From assembly GCF_006345805.1 (NCBI RefSeq), contig NC_043000.1, forward strand, positions 154,256,001 to 154,320,000: a DNA stretch of 64,000 bases, written 5' to 3'. Shown here piece after piece: positions 1 to 14,690 of the stretch (the stretch's first letter is position 1; each line of letters opens with the position of its first letter). This DNA is from Octopus sinensis (Eukaryota). The notes beneath the pieces were generated by a model. It did not search any database and was not told the DNA's origin. It worked only from the letters and a program-made list of their open reading frames with translations. A program made the translations under genes and the position numbers.

Positions 1-459
1 TTGCCTTGGATAACATCGGTGACCTGGAGAGGGCAGACTGGTATGTATGGGTGACTGCTGGTCTTCCATAAACAACCTTGCATAGACTTGTGCCTTAGAA
101 AGTAACTTTCTAAATGTAATCCCAGGGTCATTTATGACTGAAGGAGGTCTTTTACATCCTAAGGCTATAATTGGTGATAGCAGGGCACTTCGGATAGATG
201 ATTGCAGTACCTGACTGGTCTTGTTTTTATTGACCCTGAAACAATGAAAAGCAAGATCTACTTTAAAGGGATTTGAACTCAAAGTATTAGGGATTACAAC
301 TCAGCAATGCATTTTTCTCTGCTGCTCTGCTAACCATTGTCTTCACCAAATAATATAGTGGCCACATGGCAACTGCTTAGCCAAACCCTGTCCCCAACTT
401 ATTGATAGCATGAGCTGGATGAACTGCTACATGTTTCTAAAGTGAATATGTTTTGGTTT

Positions 460-903
460 CATCATCATCATCGTTTAGCGTCCGCTTTCCATGCTAGCAT
501 GGGTTGGACGGTTCGACCGGGGTCTGGGAAGCCAGGAGGCTGCACCAGGCTCCAGTCTGATCTGGCAGTGTTTCTACAGCTGGATGTCCTTCCTAACACC
601 AACCACTTCATAAGTGTAGTGGGTGCTTTTTATGTGCCACTGGCACAGGGGCCAGAGGAGGCTGGCAAACGGCCACGATTGGTTGGTGCTTTTATGTGTC
701 ACCAACACGGACGCCAGTCAGGCGGCGCTGGCATCTGCCACGTTTGGATGGTGCTTTTAACGTGTCACCGGCACAGGTAACTTAACTACAATTCCCATTT
801 GATTTTCATTTTGATGTTGGTATTAACGTACTTGACTCAATAGGTCTCCTCAAGAACAGCGGGTCACTCTACGATCCAAGGTTAGCACAGCAGGCTGTCC
901 TGC
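460..903 (-). mobile_element. S3 retroposon ((GAT)n tail, internal VNTR; probable RTE-clade LINE 3' end or LINE-derived SINE), longest copy
   Basis: (CAT)n on plus followed by the family core cgtttagcgtccgctttccatgctagcatgggttggacgg, then ggtgctttttatgtgccac subrepeats. More than 10 copies in the window. Confidence 0.8.
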
Positions 904-1397
904 AAGCCATGAAATCTAATATAAATTTAATGTACCACTAGTTATAGTCACTGAAGAAATTTAAATAGAATATCTTCCTCTCACTATTGAAAAATGGTGA
1001 GGGGGTTAAAACAAAAAAAAAAAAAAACCATATCACCTTTTAACATATTTTCCAAACTGGTATGGGATGGATAGTCCAACAGGAATTGAGAAGATAGAAA
1101 ACTATGCCAGACCCTGTCTTCTCTAGCATGGTGGTAACCAGTTTAGAGAGTGTACTAGGTGCTTTTTATAGGGCACCACCACCATTGAGACCATCAAGTC
1201 ATAAGTCAAGACTCTTCAACCAAGAGGATACAGTATTGGGGGAGGCAGCTTTATGCCAGATGGTGAGAAGTTTTATATATTTTTTATTGTCTTGAGAGGG
1301 TCTTCACAACCAAATACAAAAACAAATTGTGTGGGTATACACAAATATATGCATGCATACACATAGGAGAAACAGTAAGAAAAGGTTAAAAACTTAC

Positions 1398-1582
1398 TTG
1401 AATATTTTGATGAAAGCATCTAACTCTGGTACATTTGTGATGTCATTTGAAGAAGGGGCCGTTGTCCCTTCCAAAGACTCTTTCAATTCTTTTAAGGCAG
1501 AATCAATATCATCCTCTTCTTGACCGTCAGTTTGATCAAATATTTCAGGTTGTGGGTTTTGACTCTCCAACTGGACTTGTAA
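1398..1582 (-). CDS. FERMT2: Kindlin exon (185 nt): F2 N-half up to start of PH domain
   Basis: Acceptor ttttttctcag|TTA, donor AA|gtaagt. Translation [61 protein letters not shown](K). Confidence 0.95.
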
Positions 1583-2498
1583 CTGAGAAAAAAAAACATT
1601 TTTAATACAAGGTTTTTGCTATTTTATATCCTTACTCTTTTACTTGTTTCAGTCATTTGACTGCGGCCATGCTGGAGCACCGCCTTTAGTCGAGCAAATC
1701 GACCCCGGGACTTATTCTTTGTAAGCCCAGTACTTATTCTATCGGTCTCTTTTGCCAAACCGCTAAGTGACGGGGACGTAAACACACCAGCATCGGTTGT
1801 CAAGCAATGCTAGGGGGACAAACACAGACACACAAACTATATATATATATATATATATACACGACAGGCTTCTTTCAGTTTCCGTCTACCAAATCCACTC
1901 ACAAGGCATTGGTCGGCCTGGGGCTATAGCAGAAGACACTTGCCCAAGATGCCACGCAGTGGGACTGAACCCGGAACCATGTGGTTGGTTAGCAAGCTAC
2001 TTACCACACAGCCACTCCTGCGCCTATGATTGTAATTTTCTTTTACTTTATAACTGGCATTTCTAATTAACTTCAGCAGCTTAAAAGAAAAAAGTTGAAC
2101 AAGCTTTAACATCTAAGATTTCAGAAAATGGCAGTTCAAAACTGCCAAATACACAATGATTTACAACACGTACAGATGATTGGCAGATTGCCTAATCCAA
2201 TAACACAATAACCTCTCCATGTCCTCTCTCTCTCTACTATAAATGCAGAACAGTAATGAATGCAGCAACGCCTCTCATTGGGTCAAGAAGTACAGAATAG
2301 CATTAAAGAAAAGAAAAAGGTGATTAACATGAGTAGTTATCAGCGTAACCAGGTCAATCAATTGCGTTAAGAACATTACAAACTAGATTTGATTGGAATA
2401 TTTAGTTGTACTTTTACTCCTGAAAAAGGTCTCTCTGTTTAGAACAGCGACAAATCCTAAATCCTGAAAATGCAAGGATTTGTGTGTGTGTGTGTGCA

Positions 2499-2529
<31 letters not shown>

Positions 2530-5500
2530 GTGTGTGTGTATGTGTGTGTGTGTGTGTGCATGCAAGCATGTATGAGAGTTTAACATTAAAAAAGTTCCTG
2601 TGGCCAAACACTGAACCTGTCTTAAGCTCTAGACTTGCTTCAAGAATAATAGCTGAGCTGGTTTCAAGTAAATACTCTTTTATACTCTTTTACTCGTTTC
2701 AGACATTTGACTGCGGCCATGCTGGAGCACCGCCTTTAGCCGAGCAAATCGACCCCGGGACTTATCCTTTGCAAGCCCAGTACTTATTCTATCGGTCTCT
2801 TTTGCCGAACCGCTAAGTTACAGGGACGTAAACACACCAGCATCGGTTGTCAAGCAATGCTAGGGGAACAAACACATACATATACGACGGGCTTCTTTCA
2901 GTTTCCGTCTACCAAATCCACTCACAAGGAATTGGTCGGCCCGAGGCTAAAGTAGAAGACACTTGCCCAAGGTGCCACGCAGTGGGACTGAACCCGGAAC
3001 CGTGTGGTTGGTAAGGAAGCTATTTACCACACAGCCACTCATATTTAAAAAAAAATTTTTTTTTTAAAAGGGTTACATTTCAATTAACAAGTTTTCAATA
3101 TATTTTAAGTGTTTTGAGGTTTAGATAATTTTAACTATGACCCGATATGAGTGAACTAGATTTTATCAATTAGTCATAATGCCTTAAGGAGTTAGTTATT
3201 TATTTATAAGGTAAGAAAATGATAAGGTCGTTATAAAAGACAATCAATTGCAACCAGAAACTGAAAGCAGATGGTAAGTTCACTTCCTGTGGAGTTAGCA
3301 CAATGAATATGTGAACAGATTACTCTTAAACTCAAGGGTGGTATAACTGTTAATACTTAGGTTTATACTATAGTCTAACATTGGTTTAAAGTAGAAAGAA
3401 AAGAGTATTTCAAAAAAAGGATGCAAATTTATAGGAAGAGATATCAATTGAATTGGTTCACAAGATGTTACTGGTATTTACTTCAAGTTTGGAGAAGTTT
3501 GAACTTTGAAAAATGATGGAAGCTTAATACAAAATACCCTCAATTGCATAAAACATCAATAGTTTCTTTCAAATAAACAAGCAGTAATCTTTTTATATAA
3601 ATTCAAAAAATTATATAGAAAACAACCTTATTTTGACCCCACCACCACCACCACCACCATCTGTTTCTCCAATCTTGCAAGGATTTTCATCCACATGAAT
3701 ATATTAACACATTAACTGTGGAACAAATGGAGGAGTCTTCACTTTCAAAGTCTAGTCAAATCTTAAATCTCTACAATACAAAGTACTATTGCCACACATT
3801 CTACAATATAAACTTCAGTGGAACATTTTCCGTACAGAAAGTAGAGAATTTATAGGTCTCCTCTAAACACGACAGGTTACACCCATGCCAAAATTCTTCC
3901 AGGTCTATGACACCACCTGGAACAGGCTTGTCAGTGATGTGATGGCCTTATGGAAGAAAGTATAATTACGGGAAAAAAATTTTACAGCAAGACTCCACCA
4001 ATATAAGGTAATATTCAAAGTATGAATAATGTTTGTCTCCAGTCAACAAAGTAGTACATAGAATTATGGGTTTGTCTTTTACATTAATGGTTTTGTGGTA
4101 GTGTGAAATATAGAGAAAGCAATTTAATATATTAAAATTTTGAAAACTTCTTTCTCTTCAGAACAATCCGAAAAATTGATTTCTTTTTTTTTTTTTTTTT
4201 GTAATAAAATTTGTTAACCCCTTCGTTACTGTATATATTCTGAGATGCTCTGTGTTTCTTTCAATTACTTTATATATAACAAAGAATTTAGTAAAATAAC
4301 TTAGTTTTCATTCAGCTAGTGTTAGGAACATAAATTGTGACTAAGGTTTGGTGGAAGATTTTAATTCAAAACTTATGAAAACAAGACATTTGTACACAGA
4401 GCCAGAGCCGGTTTGGTAATGAAAGGGTTTATGGAAAGTGTTCAAAAGTTGACTAAAACTGATTACATCTAAAGAATGAGTGCCATTCTAGTATTTATAA
4501 TTTTAAACAAAGAATTTCCTGTAATTATAATGAAGTCTGGATTTACAGAGGATTGTAAAGCTTGTGATTAGCTTAATATCAGCATTAAGAAGTAACAAAA
4601 GATCCACTGCTTCCTCCTAACAAGTTAGCAATTTATAACAATCACTACATATGGTATACGTATTAGTGGAAAAAGTACAATGAAAATTTATTCCAAGAAA
4701 TTTCAATGAATCAATGTTCACCTGCAATGTGATGAAGGAGACTCTACAGTCATCTCACATGCTGGAAATAGTAGCCAAATATCTTTTATATCCCACTCTA
4801 CAATCTTAAAATGAAGCACATTTAACAAGTTATTTGTAGATATACAAAAATATGGAATAGTCATTACTCAACCAGAGCTGACCTGAAGCTAAACAACTTG
4901 GGTTCCACTGAATATGTTAGCATGATGGCTGAAAACAGCTACTAATATAGTTTTGAGGCATTTTCAAAGTACTGAAGAGTATAATTAGTTGCCACAAACT
5001 AATATTTCTTTTATTGATAGCTAAATAGACTGTCGTTCTATAATAAATAGTACTGCTTTGAATGAGGGTATATGGCCTAGTTTTTAGGGTGTTACATCAT
5101 GGTATCAAGATCATAGTTTCATTTCCTGGACCAGGTAGTGCATTGTGTTTCCTTGCAATCACTTCAACACCTGATGTGGGATACAAATCAAATCAACATT
5201 TTCTGTGCAGGTGGGTTATAAGAAATGTCAATTTGATGGAGTCAGCAAGTTAATATGCAGTACAAACATTTGATCACCATAATGAAGATACCTGTGCAAG
5301 CTGTTCAGTAAGAAATTGCTGAAACCTTACCTGTTGTATATGACAAGGGAGTTCGCTGCATTGCAATGGAAATGAACACAAAACCAACACTGGTATTGTC
5401 CATTTATTACTTTTACTTGTCCATTTTACTTATATTGAGCAAAAAAAGTAATGAAATAGTAAAAAATAGTTTCCTTTTGTACAGAAGCTGAAGTTATGAT

Positions 5501-6703
5501 TTTGTAACTAAGTGCTATGAAACCAACCTATATAAATTATTTGCGGACTCGCAGAATCAAGAGGACCCGTGCAAACAGATCAAAATGGAAAAGGAAAGAA
5601 AAGCTACATGAGAAAGAGAGAGAGAATAGGGCATTGAATGATTATTCCAAAAGAAAGCTGTTCTCACCTGTAAGCCAGCAAACATTACCATCTCTTCTTC
5701 AGTACAGTCTATTTCTTCCGATATCAAAGCCCATTTAGCTTGCTCGTAGATTTGGTTTATTCGGACACTGTCATACTTTAAAAAAAAAAAGGGAAATAAA
5801 ATAAGAAAAATTACATTGTTATTTGCTTTCCATTGTACAAGTCAACAATGTATTTATTTACAGGTACAGGTTTTAAAAAAGATATATAATTGCCAGCTAC
5901 ATTTCTTATAGTCTTTCATTTCCTTAACTTTGAAGTTTGTTCAAGAAAAGTTTTGAAATTCTGAAGTTGTAATTTGAAAGCAAAGTTTTAAAACAGTGAG
6001 TAAACAATTGGTTTTTTTTTTTTAAACTCTTTTGGTCAAGATAGCCAGGGCAATGCTCAAGACTCATTTTGAAGCTTCCTAAACTGGAGGTCTGACCTGA
6101 GAGCTTGCAAGAGAGCAGAATATGCTAAAGTAACTAAAGAACCAAGTGGAAGTGTTACACTACATGGCAGACTAAGTACCACCCGATGCCGACAACCGCT
6201 TTGTTCAAAGTCTCCCTTGACCTCAAGTGGCCTGAACTCTTTACATGAACACCATCCTGTACATAACTCCATATCCCCCTACATGGCCTTGCTTTTTGCT
6301 TTTGAGCCAAAAAATTAACCAACTAACTAAGTATGCTGAAGTAGAATTTTTTTAATACTCAGAATGCAAAGAATAGGAACAAATACTCCAAGACAGAGCC
6401 AACATTCTGACATTTCTGCCAAGCCACAGACCAAGTTGATAACAACCCTTGAAGGATGAAAGGATAAGCTGGCCTTGGTGGGGTTCAAACTTAAAAGACA
6501 CGATGCCAAAATAAATACAAGGCATTTTGTCCAAAACTCTAGGCGCAGGAGTGACTGTGTGGTAAGTAGCTTGCTAACCAACCACAAGGTTCCGGGTTCA
6601 GTCCCACTGCGTGGCACCTTGGGCAAGTGTCTTCTGCTATAGCCCTGGGCCGACCAATGCCTTGTGAGTGGATTTGGTAGGTGGAAACTGACAGAAGCCC
6701 GTC

Positions 6704-6753
<50 letters not shown>

Positions 6754-7220
6754 ATGTGTCTGTGTTTGTCCCCCTAGCATTGCTTGACAACCGATGCTGG
6801 TGTGTTTACGTCCCCCGTCACTTAGCGGTTCGGCAAAAGAGACCGATAGAATAAGTACTGGGCTTACAAAAAAAAAGAACAAGTCCCGGGGTCGAGTTGC
6901 TCGACTAAAGGCGGTGCTCCAGCATGGCCGCAGTCAAATGACTGAAACAAGTAAAAGAGTAACTCTACCAACTTGAGAAAGACTACAAAAGAGTGTGAAA
7001 AGATGAGAGATTAGGGCCGAGGGAGGGGTCAGAGGCAAAAGCAAACCACAAACACCAAACACCCATGCATGTGCACAGCAATCAAGTAATCGGTATCTGA
7101 AATTTACATTTCTCTCAGCTGTTTCATGATGGTTCTTTTGACTATAGATTAGCTGCTATAAAACGTGTGCAATATATATTTATTCAATACTCTTCTCACT
7201 CACTAGTATAGCAACAGACT

Positions 7221-7319
<99 letters not shown>

Positions 7320-7500
7320 TGAAAGAGAGAGAGAAAAAGGGGGAAGGAGAAATATTTATTTTGCTGTATGCAAATTATGTCAGTGAATGTGTTATGCATA
7401 GAGAGCTTGAGTGACATACACACATATGTAAGTCCATGTATGTAGGTTTGCATGCAGGAATAAAAGTGTTTGTACACGAGAACAGAGAGAGAAAGAGAAA

Positions 7501-7534
<34 letters not shown>

Positions 7535-8782
7535 TAGAGAAAGAGAGATAGAGAAAGATAGAGAGAGAGAGAAAGAGAGAGAGAGAAGGAGAAAGAGAGA
7601 GAGAGAGAGAAGGAGAAAGAGAGAGAGAGAAGGAGAAAGAGAGAGAGAAGGAGAAAGAGAGAGAGAGAGAAGAGAAAGAGAGAGAGAGAAGGAGAAAGAG
7701 AGAGAGAGAAGGAGAAAGAGAGAGAGAGAAGGAGAAAGAGAGAGAGAGAAGGAGAAAGAGAGAGAGAGAGAGAGAGAGGTAGAGAGATAGAGAAAGAGAT
7801 TAGAGAGAGAAAGATAGAGAGAGGAGAAAGAGAGAGAGAGAGGAGAGGAAAGAAAGGAGAGAGGAAAGAAAGATAGAGAGAAGAAAGAAAGAGAGAAGAA
7901 GAGGGAAAGGAGAAAGAAAGAAAGAAAGAAGGAAGAAAGAAAGAGAGGAAGAGAGAAGGAGAAAAGAGAGGAGGGAGAGAGAGAGAGAAGGAGAAAGAGA
8001 GAGAGAGAAGGAGAAGAGAAAGAGAGAGAGAGAAGGAGAAGAGAGAGAGAAGAAAAGAAGAAAGAAGAGAGAGAAAAGAAAGGAAAAGAAAGAAAGAGAG
8101 GACGAGAAGAGGATGAGAAGGAAAGGAGAGAGAGAGAAGGGAAAGATAGAGAGAGAAGGGAAAGATAGAGAGAGAGAGAGAAAGAGTGGGTGTGTGTGTG
8201 TGTGTGTGTGTGGTGTATGTAGCAACGTGTAACAAAATCAAACAATAACTTCCATCATGCACACAAAAGCTGTTAACAAGACATTGTAATAAAAAATATT
8301 TATCATGAATATTAAACATGATATGTGTGTATTGAACAGTCAAACTATAGTTGCTCCACTGACACACACACACACACACAAACGTGTAGACTATCTACAA
8401 CTATAGACACAAACTATACTAACAGACAGACATGCAGACAGCTATAAATACTGATCACTCCACCCCCCCCCCCATTAAAAGCAGACCCATACATACAAAT
8501 ACTGACCATCATCCAAACAAACACACAGAAACATAGGCCCAGGGCATACACACACACAGACCCACACACACATTGTTTGCAGCATGTTTATAAGCACATC
8601 AATAGCCAGCAGAATCAATAGCCTATACTCTTGTATCCCACCAGCATCACCACCACCACCCTGCTGCTCTCACAGCCAGCCATAGAGGATGATGGAGTGG
8701 GGGAGAGAGAGAGAGGAAGAAGGCGGATGCTATCATCAATATTGTAGTAGCTGCCCATGTAAACGACAACAATACATATAAC

Positions 8783-8823
<41 letters not shown>

Positions 8824-9930
8824 ATAATACCTATATACATACATACATGTATACAGAAACACACTATATACATTTTATATATAGATGGTACACACATATA
8901 CACATGTATACAGAAACACATACTATATCATTATATCTATATTATTAACATATACATACATACATACATGTATACAGAAACACATAATATATTAATATAT
9001 ATATATATTGTACACACATATACACATGTATACAAACACATACTATATACACATTATATATATATTATACACACATATACACATGTATACAGAAACACAT
9101 ACTATATACATTATATATATATTATACACATATACATACATACATACATGTATACAGAAACACATACTATATACATTATATATATATATTGTACACACAT
9201 ATACACATGTATACAGAAACACATACTATATACATTATATATATATTATACACACATATACACATGTATACAGAAACACATACTATATACATTATATATA
9301 TATTATACACATATACATACATACATACATGTATACAGAAAACATACTATATACATTTATAAAATATATTATACACACTATACCATGTATACAAAACACA
9401 TACTATATACATTATATATATATACACACATATACATACATACACATGTATACAGAAACACACTATATACTTATATATATATATATTATACACACACACG
9501 TGTATACAGAAACACACACTATATACATTTTATACATTATACACATGTATACATATATAACTGACAGTCATAGTAGTGGTGGTCAGTATTGTAGATACAA
9601 GGAATGGTAATTGACACGAAGAACTAGAAAAGGATTGGAGGAAGTACATGACTTCAATAGAAAAATCACTCCCCTATCCCCACTTCCAGCCAGCCAAAGT
9701 TCTGTTAGTGTTTAAGCACCACACTACATCCTATACTATCAACTACAAGTGGAAAACAACTTGTGATGACAAGGAGGAAACTGTATGACATTTCATTGCA
9801 AGAAGAATTCTATAGAGAAATGGCACAAACAAGCATGTAATGGCTGAGTTAAGGGGATCATTCATGCAATGGCTAGCCATTGTTATTTTCTCTTTAGGTT
9901 ATTATTATTATAATATTAATATTATTATTA

Positions 9931-9963
<33 letters not shown>

Positions 9964-12900
9964 AGGCAGTGAGCTGGCTGAATTGGTAACATACCAAGAA
10001 AAATGCTTGGCAGCATTTCATCCAGCTTTACATTCTGAGTTCAAATTCCACTAAGGTCGACTTTGCGTTTCATCCTTTCAGGGTCAATAAAATAAGTACC
10101 AATTGAACACTGGGGTGGGGGGGGGGAGTCGATGTAATCAACTTACCCCTCCCTGGAAATTGCTGGCCTTGAGCCAAAATTTTAAATTATTATTATAATA
10201 TAAACAAAAATGAATTTAGGGTAGAATAGTTTATGAAAACTTTATGGCAATACATAGTCAACTATGTAACCTCTCAAAAGAGCTGTTCTTCACTCCTGCT
10301 CCAGAGCGTTGGCAGCGGGGTCATTCCGAAAAGCTCTATCTGCGACGATTTCATCTCAATTGAAGGAGAGGGGCTTTCTCCGTCCGGGTTGCGGATCCGT
10401 GGAATAAGCTGCCAGACGAGATGGTGAAGATGCCGACGACCGCTCGGTTCAAAGTCTCCCTTGACCTCAAATGGCCTGAACTCTTTACATGAACACCACC
10501 CTACATGGCCTGGCTTTTTGCGCCAAAAAATTAATTAACTACCCACCACTATCATGTCAACCACAGAAATCCAATGCTACCTAACCTTCAACACAAATAT
10601 TCCATGAGAAGTTTTTACTAGTGTTCTCTCCTATGGGTTGTGGTTCTATGGTTCTTTTAAAACAATTGTGTTGGATGATACAAAAAAAAAAAAAGTTCAT
10701 GTAGTGTCTTTATGGTTTGGGTGGTCCTGATTTCTGTATATCCCTATGAAGAGATGAAGGGATTATTTCCTTCTCTAAAGAACAGTTTTAGCCTATTAGC
10801 TGTGTAAAATACATCCAGGAGATAAAAAATAAGAAATAAAGGACAGATGAGGTTACTTTGGTCATGATGACATCATTCTTAACTTAATATATTTTCATGG
10901 ATTAAAATTTGCAAATTAACTTTTGTCACCAGTTTTGTTATGACTAATACAGCTAGACCATGCTGTGATAGGGAAAGCCTCCAGCCAATCAAACCGTGAC
11001 AAAATCTGGAACATGTGAAAGAGATTTGAACTACACAAGCCAACTTACAGGCTATCCCTCAAAGAGGGTAGAAATGGAAGAAGCAATTTTTAATCCAGCC
11101 ATAAAAAACTGAATGGTAAAATAGGTGGCGAGGTGGCAAAATGTTAGCACGACGGGCGAAATGCTTAGCGGTATTTCGCCAGCCGCTATGTTCTGAGTTC
11201 AAATTCCACCGAGGTCGACTTTGCCTTTCATCCTTTCAGGATTGATTAAATAAGTACCAGTTACGCACTGCAGTCGATATAATCAACTTAATCCGTTTGT
11301 CTGTCCTTGTTTGTCCTCTCTGTGTTTAGCCCCTTGTGGGTAGTAAAGAAATAGGTAAAATAGCAAGATGAAATGCAGTCATTAGATAAGATGGACAACA
11401 AGCTCCACTGTTGTTCTCAGTGAAGTGCATCAAGTAATGAAGGACTGCAGCAGACAGCAAAATAACTCCACAGTGGCTGACGAGACACTGGGAAACCCAA
11501 ACCCATGCCAGTATAGAAAAAAAGACATAAAATGATAACATGTCATCTGCCCTAGATACTACCTGGTATTTGTTCTTGAAATACTTCTTTCTCAGACCCC
11601 ACTTACATTTAAAACCAATGAGGGAACCTGTATATCATCACTCAAGCTAGAAATAACCAAATCTCCCTCAAATCACACAATCCTAGAATCAATTATGCCC
11701 GGAAAAAAAAAGGGGGGAGGCTGCTTGGCCAAGGATGACCTAGAACTAGTCAACAACAGTTCCAAGGAATACATCTTCAAACCTTTAACCAGCCATATCC
11801 AGCCTAAATATTCTATTTTTCGGTCAAACTGGCTAGATCATTCTAAAAATAAACAATCGTATCATTGAAATCTCAAAGCTATAAACTCAGGATTAACTCC
11901 AAACAATGTGAATGAACATTACATTTGGCGAAATAGGAAATAATTTCTAAAGCCGGTGGCACGTAAAAAGCACCATCCATCCGTGGCCGTTTGCCAGCCC
12001 CGTCTGGCACCTGTGCGGGTGGCACGTAAAAAACATCCACTACACTAACGGAGTGGTTGGCGTTAGGAAGGGCATCCAGCCGTAGAAACACTGCCAGATC
12101 AGACTGGGCCTGGTGCAGCCTTCTGGCTTCCCAGACCCCAGTTGAACCGTCCAACCCATGCTAGCATGGAAAGCGGACGCTAAATGATGATGATGATGAT
12201 GATTCACATCTAACCTAAAGCATGTCTATATGCAACAGTGATGGTTCTTCTGCCCCACCTCTACCCACCAAAAAGTTGCAGAAACATGTATTTGGGAAAA
12301 TAAAGCTTTGTTCATTGGTTTCTTCAATCACGAACGGCCTGGGGTTTAACAACAATCGCTAAGCACTTCTTTGCATAGAAGAACCATCCAACCCTGTTAA
12401 ATATTCATGTCAAAACTGACATCTGTCTGGTGTGCTGGCCACAGAATTTTTATATCAGGCACCACATGCTAAAATTGTTCTCCAAAGTCTCAAAGAGCAT
12501 GGATCATACACAAGCTACATATTATATTTCAAAGATATTATGTAAAAGATAAGAGCCATGGCTTGAGGTCAGTATAAACCTATTATAAAACGATTTTATC
12601 GCAAGCAATTCAAACATTAGACAAAACATTGAAATAGATTCATAAAAATCCAACCTTCACACTGGGGGGAAAATATCACCACTGTTTGCAATTACAAAGT
12701 AATGAAAACCTACTTAAGAGTTACTAGAGAACAAAATTAAAATAAAATTAAAAGAATAGAGAAACTGCAAAAATGAGACACTATTTCTAAAAGGAAAAAT
12801 TGCTTCAATTGAAAGACATCACTACAACTAAAATAATGGAACACTGAACTTTCTAGTTCAGATCCTGACAGTTTAATTTGCCTAGGCATTGATATAGAAA

Positions 12901-14649
12901 AAAAAAAAAAAAAAAAAGGGATAAAGTACCAGTAATTAGTTTATTCAGAATTAGATTACTCTTTCCCTATGTTTCTCTTAAAATTTGATTTGAAGAGTAA
13001 GAAATTAAGATAGAAAATGTGGAGTTGATTTTTAGCCCTTACAAATCAGGCCCAAGATCATTTATACAGTGTATTCAAAACCTACATTATCTAAAAGTGT
13101 TCTTCCTGTTTTTAAGATAGTGTGATTTGAGGAATATTTAGTTACTATTTTTATGGTCCAGTCTATGTCGGACATTAGCTACATCCAAACCCCACAGTCT
13201 GGAAGAGACAGTAAAGGTTATAGGCACTACTCCTTCCCTAATTTTAAAAAAAGAAAAAGAGGGTTCTATTGAAATATGCTTTCATAAAGTAATTAAGCAA
13301 ATGATATTAAAAGAAAGTACACAAAAAATTATCAATACTAACCTTTGGACTGAGGTCATAGAATGTGAAAAACTTAAACCTAAGTAACAGTAGATGTCTT
13401 TCACGGATACCTTGTTCCATTAATGAAATTGAAGAATCAAGCCATCTGTGGGGGAAAAAAATAAAATTCCATGAGATTTTTTTTAGTACAAACATCAAAT
13501 AATATTTTCTACATGTAAAATAGTGAAGATATATGGCTTAATGGTTATGGTGTTGCATTCACTATCACAAGGTTGTGGTTTCAATTCCCAGACTGGTGGT
13601 GTGTTGTTCTTGAGCAAAATACTTCAATTTCATGATACTCCAGGCCACTCAGCTGTAAATGAATAAACTCTGTGACAGATGGGTATCTTGTTCAGGGCAA
13701 ATGTTGACCCACCCAGCTGGCCAACAGGATGCATCATTTGAAGAACTAGAACAATGCAAGGAAGAGCATTGAAACCTAGCAGTGTATAACAACATCCAAT
13801 AGTATGGTTGATAGATATATATATATATATAAATAAATAAATAAATATATATATAAAATCCTGATGATGGTGAGCTGGCAGACACGTTAGCGCGCTGGGC
13901 GAAATGCTTAGCGGTATTTCGGATGTTGTTACGTTCTGAGTTCAAATTCCGCCGAGGTTGACTTTGCCTTTCATCCTTTCGGGGTTGATAAATAAAGTGC
14001 CAGTTTCGCATGGGGGTCGATGTAATCGACTTAATCCCTTTGTCTGTCTTTGTTTGTCCCCTCTGTGTTTAGCCCTTTGTGGGCAATAAAGAAATATATA
14101 TAAAATCCTCATTTATTGTCCATGTTGGGATGGGTCGGACGACATGACAACAGCTGGCAAGCTACACCAGACTCTACAGTTGGATGCCCTTCCTAATGCC
14201 AACCACTTTACAGAGTGTTAGGAAGGACATCCAGCATTAACATTGTTAGACTCAATTCTGAAAGTTTTTAAGGGCAGAGGCAAGACCTGAAATAAAATAT
14301 TAGGTGGTAATATCAGTCTAACTCTCACACAGTTACTTTTTGCAAACCAACGTTTCAGCCTTGATTCTATTAACTGTGTGGCACCAACGACCATATGTTG
14401 CATGCATTACAGTAATAATTTTACACATCCACTAATTTGTTTGGAACAAGTTCACTTATTTTTACTCGTTTCGTGTGTGTAATAATATATATGTACTTTC
14501 AAAGCATTCAAGTTCATGGAATATCTTATGTGCCCCATGGGGCCACTTCATGTTTTGTAAGCAAATATGTCACAGAGAACATTTTTGCCAGAAGTCTTAA
14601 TATTCACTGTTGCGAAACATTCACATTGTGAATGTATACCTTTACCTAT

Positions 14650-14690
<41 letters not shown>

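Noticed and set aside
6541-6620. tRNA-like A and B boxes at SINE 5' ends
   Set aside because: These are SINE heads without a complete cloverleaf, so they were not called as tRNA genes.
8780-9560. Regularly spaced repeats superficially resembling a CRISPR array
   Set aside because: The spacers are themselves TA/CA simple sequence, the context is a eukaryotic intron and there are no cas genes. It is a minisatellite.
7196-9610. Long ORFs of 198-349 aa (S/L/F-rich, E/R-rich, Y/I/H/T-rich)
   Set aside because: Stop-free reading of GA, TG and TA/CA simple repeats.
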